DNA of 64,000 nt from an uncultured Pseudomonadales bacterium (GCA_964648715.1 CAZYNM010000003.1:29430-93429); one strand, 5' to 3'. Shown: positions 48,193-58,822, counted from the first letter of the stretch. Notes: generated by a model from the sequence alone, not told the origin. Translations and numbers: made by a program.

Positions 48193-49167
48193 CTACACTA
48201 TATGTTTACCCGAGCGTAAGAGGTGTTTTAGCTGTTCACTGATGGCCTCCACAGAGAGGCCGTAGTGATGTAAGAGCTGCTCTGATGTACCTGATTGGCC
48301 AAACTGGTCTTGGACAGCGAATGAATGAAATAAAAGCGGCCGCTTGGCTCCAGGCAAGTATCGTTGGGTCAATACTTGAGAAACAACGCTCCCCAAACCT
48401 CCCGCATATTGGTGATCCTCAAAGGTGAAAATACCCCATGTTTCGTTTGCTGCATCAAGTATACTGGCTGTATCTAGGGGTTTGATAGTGTGCATATTGA
48501 GTACCCGCACAGTTAAACCCTCAGCCATGAGTTTCTCAGCAACAGCTATCGCAGTATGAACAAGGGCCCCACAAGCAATAAAGGTAAGATCACTGCCCCA
48601 TTGGACACGCCGTGCCGTGCCAATCTGGAATGATGACTCATAGTTTATGACAGGGACGGGGTGCTTGCTGAGTCGAAGGTACGCGGGACCTGTGTGTTTG
48701 GCCAATGCAATGGTTGCGTCATGCGCTTCAGCAGCATCTGCAGGCACCACGACTGTCATGTTGGGTAGGACCTGCATCAGTGCAATATCCTCAAGGGATT
48801 GGTGCGTTGCTCCATCTTCTCCCGTTACCAAACCAGCATGACCACCTACCAGCTTAACATTGAGGTCACTATACGCAATGCTCGTACGGATCACTCCCCA
48901 AGAGTTGGCCGGATGGAAACACGCATAGCTGGCAGCAAAAGGGATTTTACCCGCCAGCGCAAAACCGGCAGCAACGCCTGCCAGGTTTTGTTCTGCAACA
49001 CCAAGATCAACAAACCGGTGAGGGAACTCCTCTGCAAAGGCACGCATTTTGACTGAATCTGTGAGATCAGCACAGAGTCCAACTACCTCTGGAAATTCTC
49101 GAGCTGCGGCAACTAAGCCTGTCCCAAATCCATCTCTAGTTGCTTGCAGCTTTTTTTCTGTGCTCAT
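48193..49167 (-). CDS. transketolase, C-terminal (pyrimidine-binding) subunit of a split transketolase
   Basis: Pyr-domain motifs (FVDLGVAEQNLAGVAAGFALAGKIPF, THQSLEDIALMQVLPNMTVVVPAD). The start is set at MSTEKK, overlapping the upstream stop (ATGA). Confidence 0.85.
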   Translation of the reverse strand: MSTEKKLQATRDGFGTGLVAAAREFPEVVGLCADLTDSVKMRAFAEEFPHRFVDLGVAEQNLAGVAAGFALAGKIPFAASYACFHPANSWGVIRTSIAYSDLNVKLVGGHAGLVTGEDGATHQSLEDIALMQVLPNMTVVVPADAAEAHDATIALAKHTGPAYLRLSKHPVPVINYESSFQIGTARRVQWGSDLTFIACGALVHTAIAVAEKLMAEGLTVRVLNMHTIKPLDTASILDAANETWGIFTFEDHQYAGGLGSVVSQVLTQRYLPGAKRPLLFHSFAVQDQFGQSGTSEQLLHHYGLSVEAISEQLKHLLRSGKHIV

Positions 49168-49985
49168 ATACCTAACTCCCGTAGTGCCTGTTCTGCTTCT
49201 AGTGCAGTGGGTGGTCTCCCGTGCCATTCCGGTTTGTTTTCCATAAAAGAAACACCTTTTCCGGGAACGGTATGACAAATAAGTGCGGTGGGCTGTGTAT
49301 TCTCCTGGTCTTGCAAAGCAGCCAAAATTTCCTCAAACGAGTGTCCGTCAACATCTATTACATTCCAGCCAAAACTGGCAATTTTTTCATTGAGTGGAGC
49401 AAGTGGCATGACGTTGTCTGTAAAACCATCAATCTGGATGTTGTTTCGATCCAGAAGGACCGTGAGATTACTCAAATGGTATTTCGCAGCATAGAGATAT
49501 GCTTCCCAGGTCTGCCCTTCCTGTTGTTCACCATCACTCATAACACAAAAAATACGATTTGGTTTGTTATCCATCTTAAAGGCTGTTGCTACTCCGCACG
49601 CTTGTGATAAACCTTGACCCAATGGGCCGCTCGTGTTTTCAATGCCAGGCAAAGAGCCAAGGTGTGGATGGCCTTGCAGTGGCGACTTGAAGGTTCTCAG
49701 TGTCATGAGTTCTTTTTGAGGAAAATACCCATGTACTGCCAGAGTTGCATACAGAACAGGACAAATATGACCATTTGAGAGAAACAAGTAGTCACGTTCA
49801 GGCCAAGTAGGATCTTGTGAGCGGTGCTTGAGAACTTTCCCATACAGGGTGGCGAAGACATCTGCCATACCCAGTGCTCCACCTGGATGACCACTGCCTG
49901 ATCGAGCAAGCATAGTAATAATGAGGCGACGAATACTACGAGCTGTTTCAGTCAGTTGCAGCTGAAGGTGTGTATCAACGGGCAT
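49164..49985 (-). CDS. transketolase, N-terminal (TPP-binding) subunit of a split transketolase
   Basis: GSGHPGGALGMADVFATLY (TPP-binding) and the GDG-like motif CVMSDGEQQEGQTWEAYLYAAKYHLSNLTVLLDRNNIQIDG. Confidence 0.85.
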   Translation of the reverse strand: MPVDTHLQLQLTETARSIRRLIITMLARSGSGHPGGALGMADVFATLYGKVLKHRSQDPTWPERDYLFLSNGHICPVLYATLAVHGYFPQKELMTLRTFKSPLQGHPHLGSLPGIENTSGPLGQGLSQACGVATAFKMDNKPNRIFCVMSDGEQQEGQTWEAYLYAAKYHLSNLTVLLDRNNIQIDGFTDNVMPLAPLNEKIASFGWNVIDVDGHSFEEILAALQDQENTQPTALICHTVPGKGVSFMENKPEWHGRPPTALEAEQALRELGI

Positions 49986-50042
49986 TGTATGTAGTGTACA
50001 GCAAAATACAGAGAGTGTGTACTAGAGATAGTCCTATAATAT

Positions 50043-50092
50043 TTGATTTCTTCGATACTTATGATATAATACATATTTATTACACATGTGAT
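50043..50092 (+). promoter_or_regulatory. promoter with extended -10 (TTGATT-16-TGaTATAAT) plus a 24-bp conserved operator-like element
   Basis: TGATATAAT at 50062-50070. The 24-mer ATACATATTTATTACACATGTGAT (50069-50092) is identical to 62003-62026 and has a palindromic core CACATGTG. Confidence 0.5.
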
Positions 50093-50300
50093 GCGATACT
50101 TCCGCCTTTTCAATGCGAAGTGGTAGGAAGACGCATCGCTCGTTAACATGATGTGAATATACCGATGGAGTCGGAACCAGAGGTTCTGGGCAGTATGCCG
50201 CCTGGGACCTTTGTTCCGATTCCATCAAGTACAAAAACAACGTGAGCAGACGTGTGCTAGTGGATAAGACTGGTCACGCCCCAGTATCGGCGTTTTTCAA

Positions 50301-52250
50301 GTGAGGAATCTCATGAATAAGTCTAGTCTCAGATATCTCTTGATCGCAGCGACTCTGGTTCTGCTGATCGCAGTTTCAACTATTGTTGCGCTTGCGCAAA
50401 CAACTCACTCAACCTTTGGCGCGAGCATGATGCCAAGAGCTTTGAGTGAGACAACGTACCAGAACGTGCTGGCCCTGAGCCGCGATGTGAAGCATATCAG
50501 CTCTACTACTGTGCATATCACCTGGAGCAACAACCAAACCGCTGATACAAGCTTCAGCCCAACTGTTGCGTCTGGAATTGAATATATGTACAAGGAAGTC
50601 CCCGCAGGCGTTACATCTGCCACTGTAACCATTGTTGAGGGCAACTACAGCGTGACATTCACGCCGGAGCTGCCCAAAAATAGTATCTTCAGCGTCAAGA
50701 CCTTCCGCAGCGGGAACGGGGTTCAATACCCGTTCCAGAATGTGTTGTATCTCTACCGAGATGTGCTGATTAAATCCAGCGTGGCGATCACCGTCGAAAC
50801 TACCGTTGGTTCACCAATCAATGAAAGTTTTAGTGACGCTACACCCAGATACCAGGCACAGGAAAAGTACGTTGTGTTACCAAATGCAGCAAACGCCATC
50901 ACTGTGACCATCACCGAAAACGGCACAGAACTTGTCTACCCGTTGACGGTTGATCCAATCATCCCAACGCCAACCCCTACCGAGACACCCGTGAGCGGTG
51001 TCTCATGTCAGTATTGGCAAGGTCGCCCAGACCTACGGGTTGGATGGATCTACGGCTACATCACAAACGGATTATCTGATGCACAAGTTGTGGCAAAATT
51101 AGGTGACACCATTGTGGGCTGTACAACTACAGAGGCTGGTGGACTGATGAAGTTCACGGCGCTGCATCGTTTATACAGCACCCAAACAGAAGGGACATAC
51201 ACCTTCTGGGTGAATGGTATTGAGTACATTTCTGAGCCTGCAGTCAGTGTTGAGTCAATGAATGGCGATAGCTATGAAATCTCGCTCTCTCCTAAAGATG
51301 AGCCAACGCCAACACTCATTGCGACACAGCCAACGAACACACCTGTACCAACACCAACTGAAGGGGCAACCGCTACGGATACCCCCGCAGCAACAGATAC
51401 CCCGGCAGCAACTCCGACAGAAGCAGCAACCGCGACCAACACTCCGCAACCTACCAACACACCGGTGAGTGATCCCACGGCTACTGCCACTGTGCCCTCA
51501 ACCGGCTGGATTGAAGTTCAGCCTGCGACGATCAGCCGCACCGTGGAGTACGTGAGTGAGACACAAGTCTTTACCTGGAAAGTGAAAAATGTCAGCGGTA
51601 AGGCCACCAGCTTTACCGCAATCATGTTGCAGCCAGTTGGACGTGGTTGCTTCAGCAGCCCTTCATTCCAGTCATCGCTTGCCGCGGGAGAAACGAAAGT
51701 TTTCTCAACCACCGTGTCGAGCACCTGCCTGGGTGAGGGTGTGCACAATCGGTCATACCAGTTCATTGAGCAGGTTCCGATCAGCGCGACGCCGCGCAAC
51801 GCAAACCTGCCCATCGTGGTCACCGTGCTGCCCAATCCTTGGGAAGTGTCAATCACGACCCCGGGGGCCATCAGCGCTACGATGCCCGCCACCTTCACCA
51901 TGACCGTGAAGAACGTTGGCGATCGTGTCCGCTTGGGCGCTGCCCAGGTGTACGTCGATGCATCGCCTTTCATGATCACGCCAACCGTGCAGATCAATTC
52001 AGGCGAAGTGCATGCGAGCCCGTTTGGCCAAAACGTCACGCGCTACCTCTGGGCTTTCGAAATTCAGCCTGGCGAAACCGCAGCCTTTACCAGCGGCGCC
52101 CCCACCAAAGACGTCACGTTGTTTACGCTGTACCCAGACACCTGGGGCTGGCAACAACCTGACCTTCAGTCTGGCGCAGCCTCTCTAGCCGTGTTCCCGC
52201 AAGGCCAAAGCGGTGTCAAGGTGATCTACCTGCCCGTTATCGTAAAGTAA
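50301..52250 (+). CDS. large secreted hypothetical protein with Thr/Pro-rich linker (G+C-rich locus)
   Basis: Signal peptide ...LLIAVSTIVALAQT. 649 aa with an internal PTPTLIATQPTNTPVPTPTEGATATDTPAATDTPAATPTEAATATNTPQPTNTP linker. The C-terminus ends ...KVIYLPVIVK. Antisense ORFs in this region are G+C artefacts. Confidence 0.6.
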   Translation: MRNLMNKSSLRYLLIAATLVLLIAVSTIVALAQTTHSTFGASMMPRALSETTYQNVLALSRDVKHISSTTVHITWSNNQTADTSFSPTVASGIEYMYKEVPAGVTSATVTIVEGNYSVTFTPELPKNSIFSVKTFRSGNGVQYPFQNVLYLYRDVLIKSSVAITVETTVGSPINESFSDATPRYQAQEKYVVLPNAANAITVTITENGTELVYPLTVDPIIPTPTPTETPVSGVSCQYWQGRPDLRVGWIYGYITNGLSDAQVVAKLGDTIVGCTTTEAGGLMKFTALHRLYSTQTEGTYTFWVNGIEYISEPAVSVESMNGDSYEISLSPKDEPTPTLIATQPTNTPVPTPTEGATATDTPAATDTPAATPTEAATATNTPQPTNTPVSDPTATATVPSTGWIEVQPATISRTVEYVSETQVFTWKVKNVSGKATSFTAIMLQPVGRGCFSSPSFQSSLAAGETKVFSTTVSSTCLGEGVHNRSYQFIEQVPISATPRNANLPIVVTVLPNPWEVSITTPGAISATMPATFTMTVKNVGDRVRLGAAQVYVDASPFMITPTVQINSGEVHASPFGQNVTRYLWAFEIQPGETAAFTSGAPTKDVTLFTLYPDTWGWQQPDLQSGAASLAVFPQGQSGVKVIYLPVIVK

Positions 52251-52406
52251 GTAAGTTCACATCATGATTGTCGACACCTCACTCTCTGCTCAGAGTGAGG
52301 TGTTTTTGTATCCAAGCGCATACTTTTTCACCTACTTGCGCCCGGGTCTCTCCAAGCACTATAGTGGAATAAGTAGATATTTTTCACCGCACGGAAAGGG
52401 TGTGCA

Positions 52407-53669
52407 ATGTTTTTGCATGCACCAAGAGTGTTCATGATCGGATGGGAGTACCCTCCACATAATAGTGGTGGGCTTGGGGTGGCATGCGAAGGCATGACCC
52501 AAGCTTTATCGGGGCAAAATGCGCAAATCTACTTTACCCTTCCCTATGCTCTCCCTCTGTCTGTTGGACACATGAAGGTTCTTGATTGCAGTGACCCAAC
52601 CTGGTTTGTAGAGGGTAAGCTAGCCCAACCTCCTTTTTTTGCCTATAGTACCGAATCACCTACTCCGGTCCGGACGTTCTCTGGTCGAGGCGTTTCGGCT
52701 ACTGTATTGGAATCGCTGCCGCAGTCAGAGTTGGAAAGCAAAGTAGAAGAATATGCCGAGCTTGTTACGGCTCGAGGAGTAAAGAATCACAGCTCTTATG
52801 ATCTTGTTCACGCACATGACTGGATGTCATTCCCTGCTGCATTGAAGCTTTCTCAAGCAGTACGCAAACCTTTTGTTGCACATATACACTCCACTGAGTT
52901 TGACCGGATCCCTGGTGGGCAAGGCAGTTCCTACATCATGGAGACCGAGTATCGAGGCATGACTGCGGCAACACGAGTGGTGGCGGTAAGTTACTACACC
53001 AAACATGTTTTGGTGAAAGAATATGGTATAGATCCAGAAAAAATAGAAGTGGTACACAATGGTATCGAACCATTGAGTGCGCGTGATCAACAAGAACTAG
53101 GCAGAGCACGGCGCACATTTGCCCCAGATCGCCCAGTCATTGTCTTCATGGGTAGGTTGACCATGCAGAAAGGTACTGAATACTTTCTTGCACTGGCTGA
53201 AGCAGTCAGTAAACAAGTGCCGGAAGCGCTCTTTATTGTGGCTGGCGATGGAGACATGTATCACCAACTACTCGTACAGAATGCGCAACGCGGTTTATCA
53301 GCTTCACTCCTTTTTAGCGGGTTTGTACGTGATGCTCAGCGAGCACAATTATTGAATAGAGCAGATGTGTTTGTGATGCCTTCACTCTCTGAGCCGTTTG
53401 GATTGGTGGCTCTTGAGGCAGCGCAGCGGAATACTCCTGTCATAGTTTCAAAGCATACTGGTGTAGCAGAAGTCCTCCCCAGTGCTATACAAGTTGATTT
53501 CTGGGATATCCACAAAATGACTACAGAATTGGTGAAGCTTATCAAAAACGATACGACTCGAGCTCGTCAAATTGAGGCACAGTTTGCCGATTTAGCAAAT
53601 ACAACATGGAACCATACTGCCGAAAAGATGAAACGGGTGTACAGTACTGCTTTTTTTGGAAGTACCTAG
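52407..53669 (+). CDS. GT-B glycosyltransferase, glycogen/alpha-glucan synthase-like (GT4/GT5)
   Basis: N-terminus FMIGWEYPPHNSGGLGVACEGMTQAL (E-x-PP...GGL pattern of archaeal-type glycogen synthases) and C-terminal EPFGLVALEA (E-x7-E motif). Confidence 0.7.
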   Translation: MFLHAPRVFMIGWEYPPHNSGGLGVACEGMTQALSGQNAQIYFTLPYALPLSVGHMKVLDCSDPTWFVEGKLAQPPFFAYSTESPTPVRTFSGRGVSATVLESLPQSELESKVEEYAELVTARGVKNHSSYDLVHAHDWMSFPAALKLSQAVRKPFVAHIHSTEFDRIPGGQGSSYIMETEYRGMTAATRVVAVSYYTKHVLVKEYGIDPEKIEVVHNGIEPLSARDQQELGRARRTFAPDRPVIVFMGRLTMQKGTEYFLALAEAVSKQVPEALFIVAGDGDMYHQLLVQNAQRGLSASLLFSGFVRDAQRAQLLNRADVFVMPSLSEPFGLVALEAAQRNTPVIVSKHTGVAEVLPSAIQVDFWDIHKMTTELVKLIKNDTTRARQIEAQFADLANTTWNHTAEKMKRVYSTAFFGST

Positions 53670-54921
53670 CATCATGCCTCAACTCTGTTTGTATTTTCAT
53701 CTCCATCAACCATGGCGTTTGCGTGAACTAACAGTGTTTGATGTTGGGCAGGGTACCGATTATTTCAAAAATCACACTGAAAACCAAAACAAGATCATTT
53801 TTCAAAAAGTTGCACACAAGTCATACATTCCCATGCTATCGCTCTTGTTGGAACTGTGTAAAAAACATCCCAGATTTAGTTGTGCATTCTCTATCACTGG
53901 CGTTTTCATTGAGCAAGCAAAGGCGTATGCCCCACAAGTTATGGATCTAATTAAAGAGCTTGTTGCAACTGGTAAAGTTGAGCTACTTGCAGAAACCTAC
54001 TATCATTCACTGGCAGCACTGTATTCGCCAAGTGAGTTTAAAGTGCAAGTGGGACGTCATATACAGTTACTTCAGAAAGAGTTTCACTATACGCCGACAG
54101 TTTTTAGAAATACTGAGCTCATATACTCCAATGCTATAGCTCAACAAGTACAGAAGCTTGGTTTTGTGGGTATGCTTACTGAAGCAGTTCCACGCTATCT
54201 TCAGGGAAGGCCCAAAACGCAGATATACTACAGTACCCCTTCTGCTTACTTACCACTCCTCTTGAAGCATGCTGAGTTATCAGATGATATTGCTTTTCGT
54301 TTTAGCGAAAAAACTTGGCAGTGGTATCCTCTCACAGCAGAACGGTACTTGGAGTGGGTTGAGGTGTATACGCAAGATGAATATGTCAATCTGTTCATGG
54401 ATTTTGAGACATTTGGAGAACATCAGTGGGAGGCATCTGGCATCTTTGCTTTTTTTGCTGCGTTTATAGAACAATTTCTTGCCAAGCCATGGAATAAATG
54501 TGTGACGCCATCACAGGCATTTATGTATGAAAAACAGAAACAGGTATATACCAAGAATATGAAGCGAAAGCCTCGAATTTTCGTACCATCAAAGGAGCAA
54601 GTGTATGACGTGCCGGATGCTATTTCTTGGGCAGATGTAGATAGAGATCTAACTGCTTGGGTAGGGAATGACTACCAAGTTGACACTCTTAAAAAAATGT
54701 ATGAACTGGTGAGCATAATGCATGCTTCAAAGGATACACAACTTGTAGAAGATTGGAGACTTTTACAAACAAGCGATCATTACTACTACATGTGTACCAA
54801 ATGGGCAGCAGATGGAGACGTGCATGCATATTTTAGCCCCTACCGCTCTCCACATGAAGCATATCGGCGGTTTTGTATTGCTTTAACAGATGTAATGGGA
54901 CGTTTGACACACACTGGTTGA
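53656..54921 (+). CDS. glycoside hydrolase family 57 enzyme (alpha-amylase / glucanotransferase / branching-enzyme family)
   Basis: N-terminus LCLYFHLHQPWRL (GH57 HQP signature) and a conserved Glu/Asp region (FMDFETFGEHQWE). Confidence 0.75.
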   Translation: MEVPSIMPQLCLYFHLHQPWRLRELTVFDVGQGTDYFKNHTENQNKIIFQKVAHKSYIPMLSLLLELCKKHPRFSCAFSITGVFIEQAKAYAPQVMDLIKELVATGKVELLAETYYHSLAALYSPSEFKVQVGRHIQLLQKEFHYTPTVFRNTELIYSNAIAQQVQKLGFVGMLTEAVPRYLQGRPKTQIYYSTPSAYLPLLLKHAELSDDIAFRFSEKTWQWYPLTAERYLEWVEVYTQDEYVNLFMDFETFGEHQWEASGIFAFFAAFIEQFLAKPWNKCVTPSQAFMYEKQKQVYTKNMKRKPRIFVPSKEQVYDVPDAISWADVDRDLTAWVGNDYQVDTLKKMYELVSIMHASKDTQLVEDWRLLQTSDHYYYMCTKWAADGDVHAYFSPYRSPHEAYRRFCIALTDVMGRLTHTG

Positions 54922-54934
54922 TTCAGGGTATACT

Positions 54935-56794
54935 GTGTGCAAGGAGTTGACTATGGAAGTGTTTGGTATTTTTTTTGCTCTCAGTATTCCACTTCTCTTT
55001 CTTGGTGGTATCGCATATGCATTATTTGTACTGTATCAACTGATTCAGCGCCGTAAAGCAGGTCTGCCTCCTCAGGATGAACCCCTGCAGTACCCACATG
55101 GCTTTAGTGCATTTATTGCTTGTGTATTGGTAGGCTTTCATGCTGGATTGTATTGGTCTGGTGCATCAAGCCGCGTGCCTGTGTTGGGTATAGCAGTATT
55201 TACCTCTGCACTCGCAGTTGGGTGGGCATGTGTGTACAGGAAGCGTACAACACCCTTTCTCATGTCACTTATAGCCATTCTCTTTTTGAGTAACTGGGGT
55301 TCTGTTGTGAGAGCGAGTGGATTAGTCCAAGGAATAAATGGCATAATTGCTGTTGTTTCAACGCTCCTCTTGTTTATTTATTTTGTCCGCAATTTTGCGT
55401 ACACAAGCTTGTTAAGCCTCATCGAGACCCTGCTATTATTGATTCCTTATGGAATTAAGCAGTTTTTTGTTGTGCTTTTCCACTCCTTCCGTTCTGCAAC
55501 AGGCAAGTCAGCCTCACACGTTGCTCAGTGGATTAAGACCCTCAGTTTAATGCTTTTTGTGTCACTCTTATTTATTGCAATACTTTCAAGCGCAGACCCA
55601 GTGTTTGCAGAAATAATTCGTACCTTTAGAGATGAATTGCTGGGCAGAGTTTTCTGGTCCATCCTCATTCTCTTTGCTGCGGCGCAAGCACTTACTAGTA
55701 AGCTCAAAGAACAGAAAAATGAACCATGGCAACTTCGGTTTTTATCAGAACGGGATATTGCAACAATGTTGATTAGTGTCCTGGTGATAGGCGGAATTTT
55801 CCTTTCTGTACAGTATACCTATCTTTTTAGCGGTTCCCGTCAGCTTCTTGTCAACCTTGGCCTCACTTTCAGTGAGTATGTTCGTAAGGGCTTTGTTGAA
55901 GTTCTTATAGCCACATTAGCCGGTGGTGTTCTGGCATACCTTGCTGCTTTAAAAATTCGCATCCTTGAACGCTCATCAATGAAAAGCATGTTGCAGCTTG
56001 GTGTGGGAACTCTGTTAGTAGAACTTGCCTTATTCCTTGTCTCTGCCCTCAAACGAGACCTATTATATGTTGATATTTATGGGTTGACGCGCACACGAAT
56101 TGTGGGAGGGCTGTTCTTGTTGTGGCTTGCTTTTTTCTTGGTTTTACTCCTCTTTTTTATGCTTCGCAAACAATTTAGTGAAGCAAAAGTTGCGGTGGGG
56201 TTATTTGTTGCAAGTTGTATCGTGTGGGCATTTATTAACGTGCTCAACGTTGATGCTTTGGTGGCGAATGCATCACCAGGGCACCATGAATATACAGATT
56301 ATTTTTATGTTGCACTGCTCTCAGAGGATGCAGGAACTGCTTGGGTACGAAATATCCCAGAACTGGAGCAGACTGTCATGCGCTTAACAGCACTGCAGGA
56401 ACTCACTCCCGTACAAAAATCCGAACTAGCTGGAGCAAAATTGGCTATTATTGCACTTCTTGAAAAGAAGGATAAACTACAGGCCGCGTATGGACCAGAA
56501 ACACGTCCAGAACGAGACATTCCAATTCAAAATAAAAACGACCGTCGTTGGCAAATGTGGAACTATGCACAGTCTAAGGCATATAAATTGTATGCCAGTG
56601 GCACAGTGTCGCAAGAAAAGTTGACAACGCTCAAAGCCAATATCGAGAAGTATCAAAAACAACGTGGAATATCACTTTTTGAGCAAGAGCAGCGCTTACT
56701 ATATGAACTAAAGTATCCCTTTGTGTCGGTAGAACTTACCTACTATCCTGAAGACTATGGGCAGTATCAAGTAACACCTCCGCAAGTAAAGTAA
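54935..56794 (+). CDS. large polytopic membrane protein with soluble C-terminal domain, unknown function
   Basis: 619 aa with ~12 hydrophobic segments then a ~170-aa hydrophilic tail. It is embedded in the glucan cluster. Confidence 0.45.
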   Translation: MCKELTMEVFGIFFALSIPLLFLGGIAYALFVLYQLIQRRKAGLPPQDEPLQYPHGFSAFIACVLVGFHAGLYWSGASSRVPVLGIAVFTSALAVGWACVYRKRTTPFLMSLIAILFLSNWGSVVRASGLVQGINGIIAVVSTLLLFIYFVRNFAYTSLLSLIETLLLLIPYGIKQFFVVLFHSFRSATGKSASHVAQWIKTLSLMLFVSLLFIAILSSADPVFAEIIRTFRDELLGRVFWSILILFAAAQALTSKLKEQKNEPWQLRFLSERDIATMLISVLVIGGIFLSVQYTYLFSGSRQLLVNLGLTFSEYVRKGFVEVLIATLAGGVLAYLAALKIRILERSSMKSMLQLGVGTLLVELALFLVSALKRDLLYVDIYGLTRTRIVGGLFLLWLAFFLVLLLFFMLRKQFSEAKVAVGLFVASCIVWAFINVLNVDALVANASPGHHEYTDYFYVALLSEDAGTAWVRNIPELEQTVMRLTALQELTPVQKSELAGAKLAIIALLEKKDKLQAAYGPETRPERDIPIQNKNDRRWQMWNYAQSKAYKLYASGTVSQEKLTTLKANIEKYQKQRGISLFEQEQRLLYELKYPFVSVELTYYPEDYGQYQVTPPQVK

Positions 56795-56797
56795 AGT

Positions 56798-58807
56798 ATG
56801 GCACGTGCACTCACTCTTGGTAATGGCAAAGTGTTGGTATGTCTAGATGAATTTGGCTTTGTTCGCGACTTTTATTTCCCCTATGTTGGTCTTGAAAATC
56901 AAGTGAGTGGTGAAAAGCATAAAATTGGAGTGTGGGTGGATGGTTCGTTCTCTTGGATTGATGATGGTTCATGGACTATCACCATAGGATATAAACCTGA
57001 AACGATGATTGGCTACCTAGTATGTAAAAAAGAAAGTTGGGGTATTACCGTAGTTATGGAAGATTGTGTCTATAACGAAGAGACGCTCTTTATGCGTCAG
57101 GTTGATGTGTATAACCATACGGAACGTGATCGTACTGTCAGACTATTCTTTCATCAGGTCTTCCATATTCAAGAAAGTAAAAAAAGAAATACCGCGTTTT
57201 TTGATCCTACTCATACAGCAGTTGTTCACTATAAAGGACGACGAGTTTTTGTAGTCAATGGAATGACTGAAGCAGGTATGCCTTTGGATCAATATACAGT
57301 AGGTGCCTATCAGTTTGAAGGTAAAGAGGGAGCATATAAAGATGCAGAAGACGGGGAGTTATCAAATAATGCTGTGGAGCATGGGTCAGTTGATTCAGTT
57401 ATTCGCTTCACCACTCTCATTGCTCCCAAAGCCAAAACACGTCTCTACTACTGGATAGCTGCCGGAAAATCACTTGAAGCAGCATTCTCACTCAATGCAT
57501 TGGTGGGCACGAAAACACCAGCAGCAATTCTTCACTCTACAGAAAGTTATTGGCACGCGTGGCTAGCCACAAAGTCATTTGATATAGCTCTGTTGTCAGA
57601 ACAAGAACAGAAGCTTTTTTATACCTCACTATTTGTTTTACGGTGTCACATGGATACTCATGGCAGTGTTATTGCTTCAGCAGATAGCGCCATGATTGAA
57701 TATGGCAAAGACGATTATGCATATATGTGGCCACGTGATGCTGCATTTATTATTGGGACACTGTGCGCTGCTGGGTTTCCTGAGGTCACCAAACCATTTT
57801 TCACTTTTTGCAAGAATGTACTGCATCCAGATGGGTACCTTCATCATCGGTTTAGACCAGATGAAAGTCTTGGCTCAACATGGCACTCTACCACTACTCA
57901 GCGTGAGTGGTTGCGTGACAAAATTTTACAACTCCCTATTCAAGAAGATGAGAGTGCCAGTGTGCTGGTAGCCTTGTGGAAGTATTATGAAGCATCCAAA
58001 GATATTGAATTTATTGAAGAGCTCTATAAGCCACTCATAGAAAAAATTGCCCAATTCCTAGTGCACTTTAGAGATACTCAGACAGGTCTTCCACTGCCCT
58101 CATATGACTTGTGGGAAGAACAATTTGGTGTGTCTACCTATACGTGTGCAGCAGTCTATGCGGGCTTACAAGCCGCAGCACGTTTTTCTGAAGTACTGGA
58201 CAAACGTAATCACATGAGAGATTACAAAAAGGCAGCAGACGAAATTAAACAAGCAGCCATAGATCACTTGTTTAGTAAGCAGCTTGATTCTTTTGTTCGT
58301 ACAGCTGTACTTTCTGATGGAAAAGTAGAACATCATGAGCAAATTGATGCGAGTAGTTTGTTTGGGTTGTGGTATTTTGGGATGTTGGAGCAAGATCATC
58401 CACTGTTTGTCAAAACGCTGCGACAGGTTCAAGTTCGGCTTCAAAATCCTGGGCCTACAGGTGGATATATACGTTACGAACGTGATCACTACTTTAAATC
58501 AAAAGATCTTTCAAACCCATGGATCATTACTACGTTATGGGAGGTGGAGCGACGATTAGTACAACCCATTGTCTCTGACAGTGATTTTTCGTACGCGGAG
58601 GACATATTCTCCTGGGTCCAAAAACATCAGTTCCAGTCTGGAGTATTAGCAGAACAGCTTGACCCCTATACGGGTGCCTCACTGTCGGCCACACCACTTG
58701 TGTGGAGTCATGCCGTATATGTTGAAGCAGTTCTTTTGTATTTGGAAAAGAAAACAGGAATGACAGCCGAGTTTCAAAAAAAAGCTCGTGCTCTCCATGA
58801 GCTATAG
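56798..58807 (+). CDS. glycoside hydrolase family 15 (glucoamylase / glucodextranase-like)
   Basis: N-terminal beta-sandwich start LGNGKVLVCLDEFGFVRDFYFPYVGLENQV is typical of prokaryotic GH15. (alpha/alpha)6 catalytic region motifs YMWPRDAAF, LWEEQFGVSTYTCAAVYAG and PLVWSHA. Confidence 0.8.
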   Translation: MARALTLGNGKVLVCLDEFGFVRDFYFPYVGLENQVSGEKHKIGVWVDGSFSWIDDGSWTITIGYKPETMIGYLVCKKESWGITVVMEDCVYNEETLFMRQVDVYNHTERDRTVRLFFHQVFHIQESKKRNTAFFDPTHTAVVHYKGRRVFVVNGMTEAGMPLDQYTVGAYQFEGKEGAYKDAEDGELSNNAVEHGSVDSVIRFTTLIAPKAKTRLYYWIAAGKSLEAAFSLNALVGTKTPAAILHSTESYWHAWLATKSFDIALLSEQEQKLFYTSLFVLRCHMDTHGSVIASADSAMIEYGKDDYAYMWPRDAAFIIGTLCAAGFPEVTKPFFTFCKNVLHPDGYLHHRFRPDESLGSTWHSTTTQREWLRDKILQLPIQEDESASVLVALWKYYEASKDIEFIEELYKPLIEKIAQFLVHFRDTQTGLPLPSYDLWEEQFGVSTYTCAAVYAGLQAAARFSEVLDKRNHMRDYKKAADEIKQAAIDHLFSKQLDSFVRTAVLSDGKVEHHEQIDASSLFGLWYFGMLEQDHPLFVKTLRQVQVRLQNPGPTGGYIRYERDHYFKSKDLSNPWIITTLWEVERRLVQPIVSDSDFSYAEDIFSWVQKHQFQSGVLAEQLDPYTGASLSATPLVWSHAVYVEAVLLYLEKKTGMTAEFQKKARALHEL

Positions 58808-58822
58808 GAGTATGCTAGAAGC

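Noticed and set aside
51255-52162. Several minus- and plus-strand ORFs (for example 51272-51490, 51518-52039, 51589-51903, 51839-52162) lie inside the 50301-52250 gene.
   Set aside because: They sit entirely within a longer G+C-rich coding region. Long antisense open frames are expected at elevated G+C, and they have low-complexity Ala/Gly/Val/Arg-rich translations. They are spurious.
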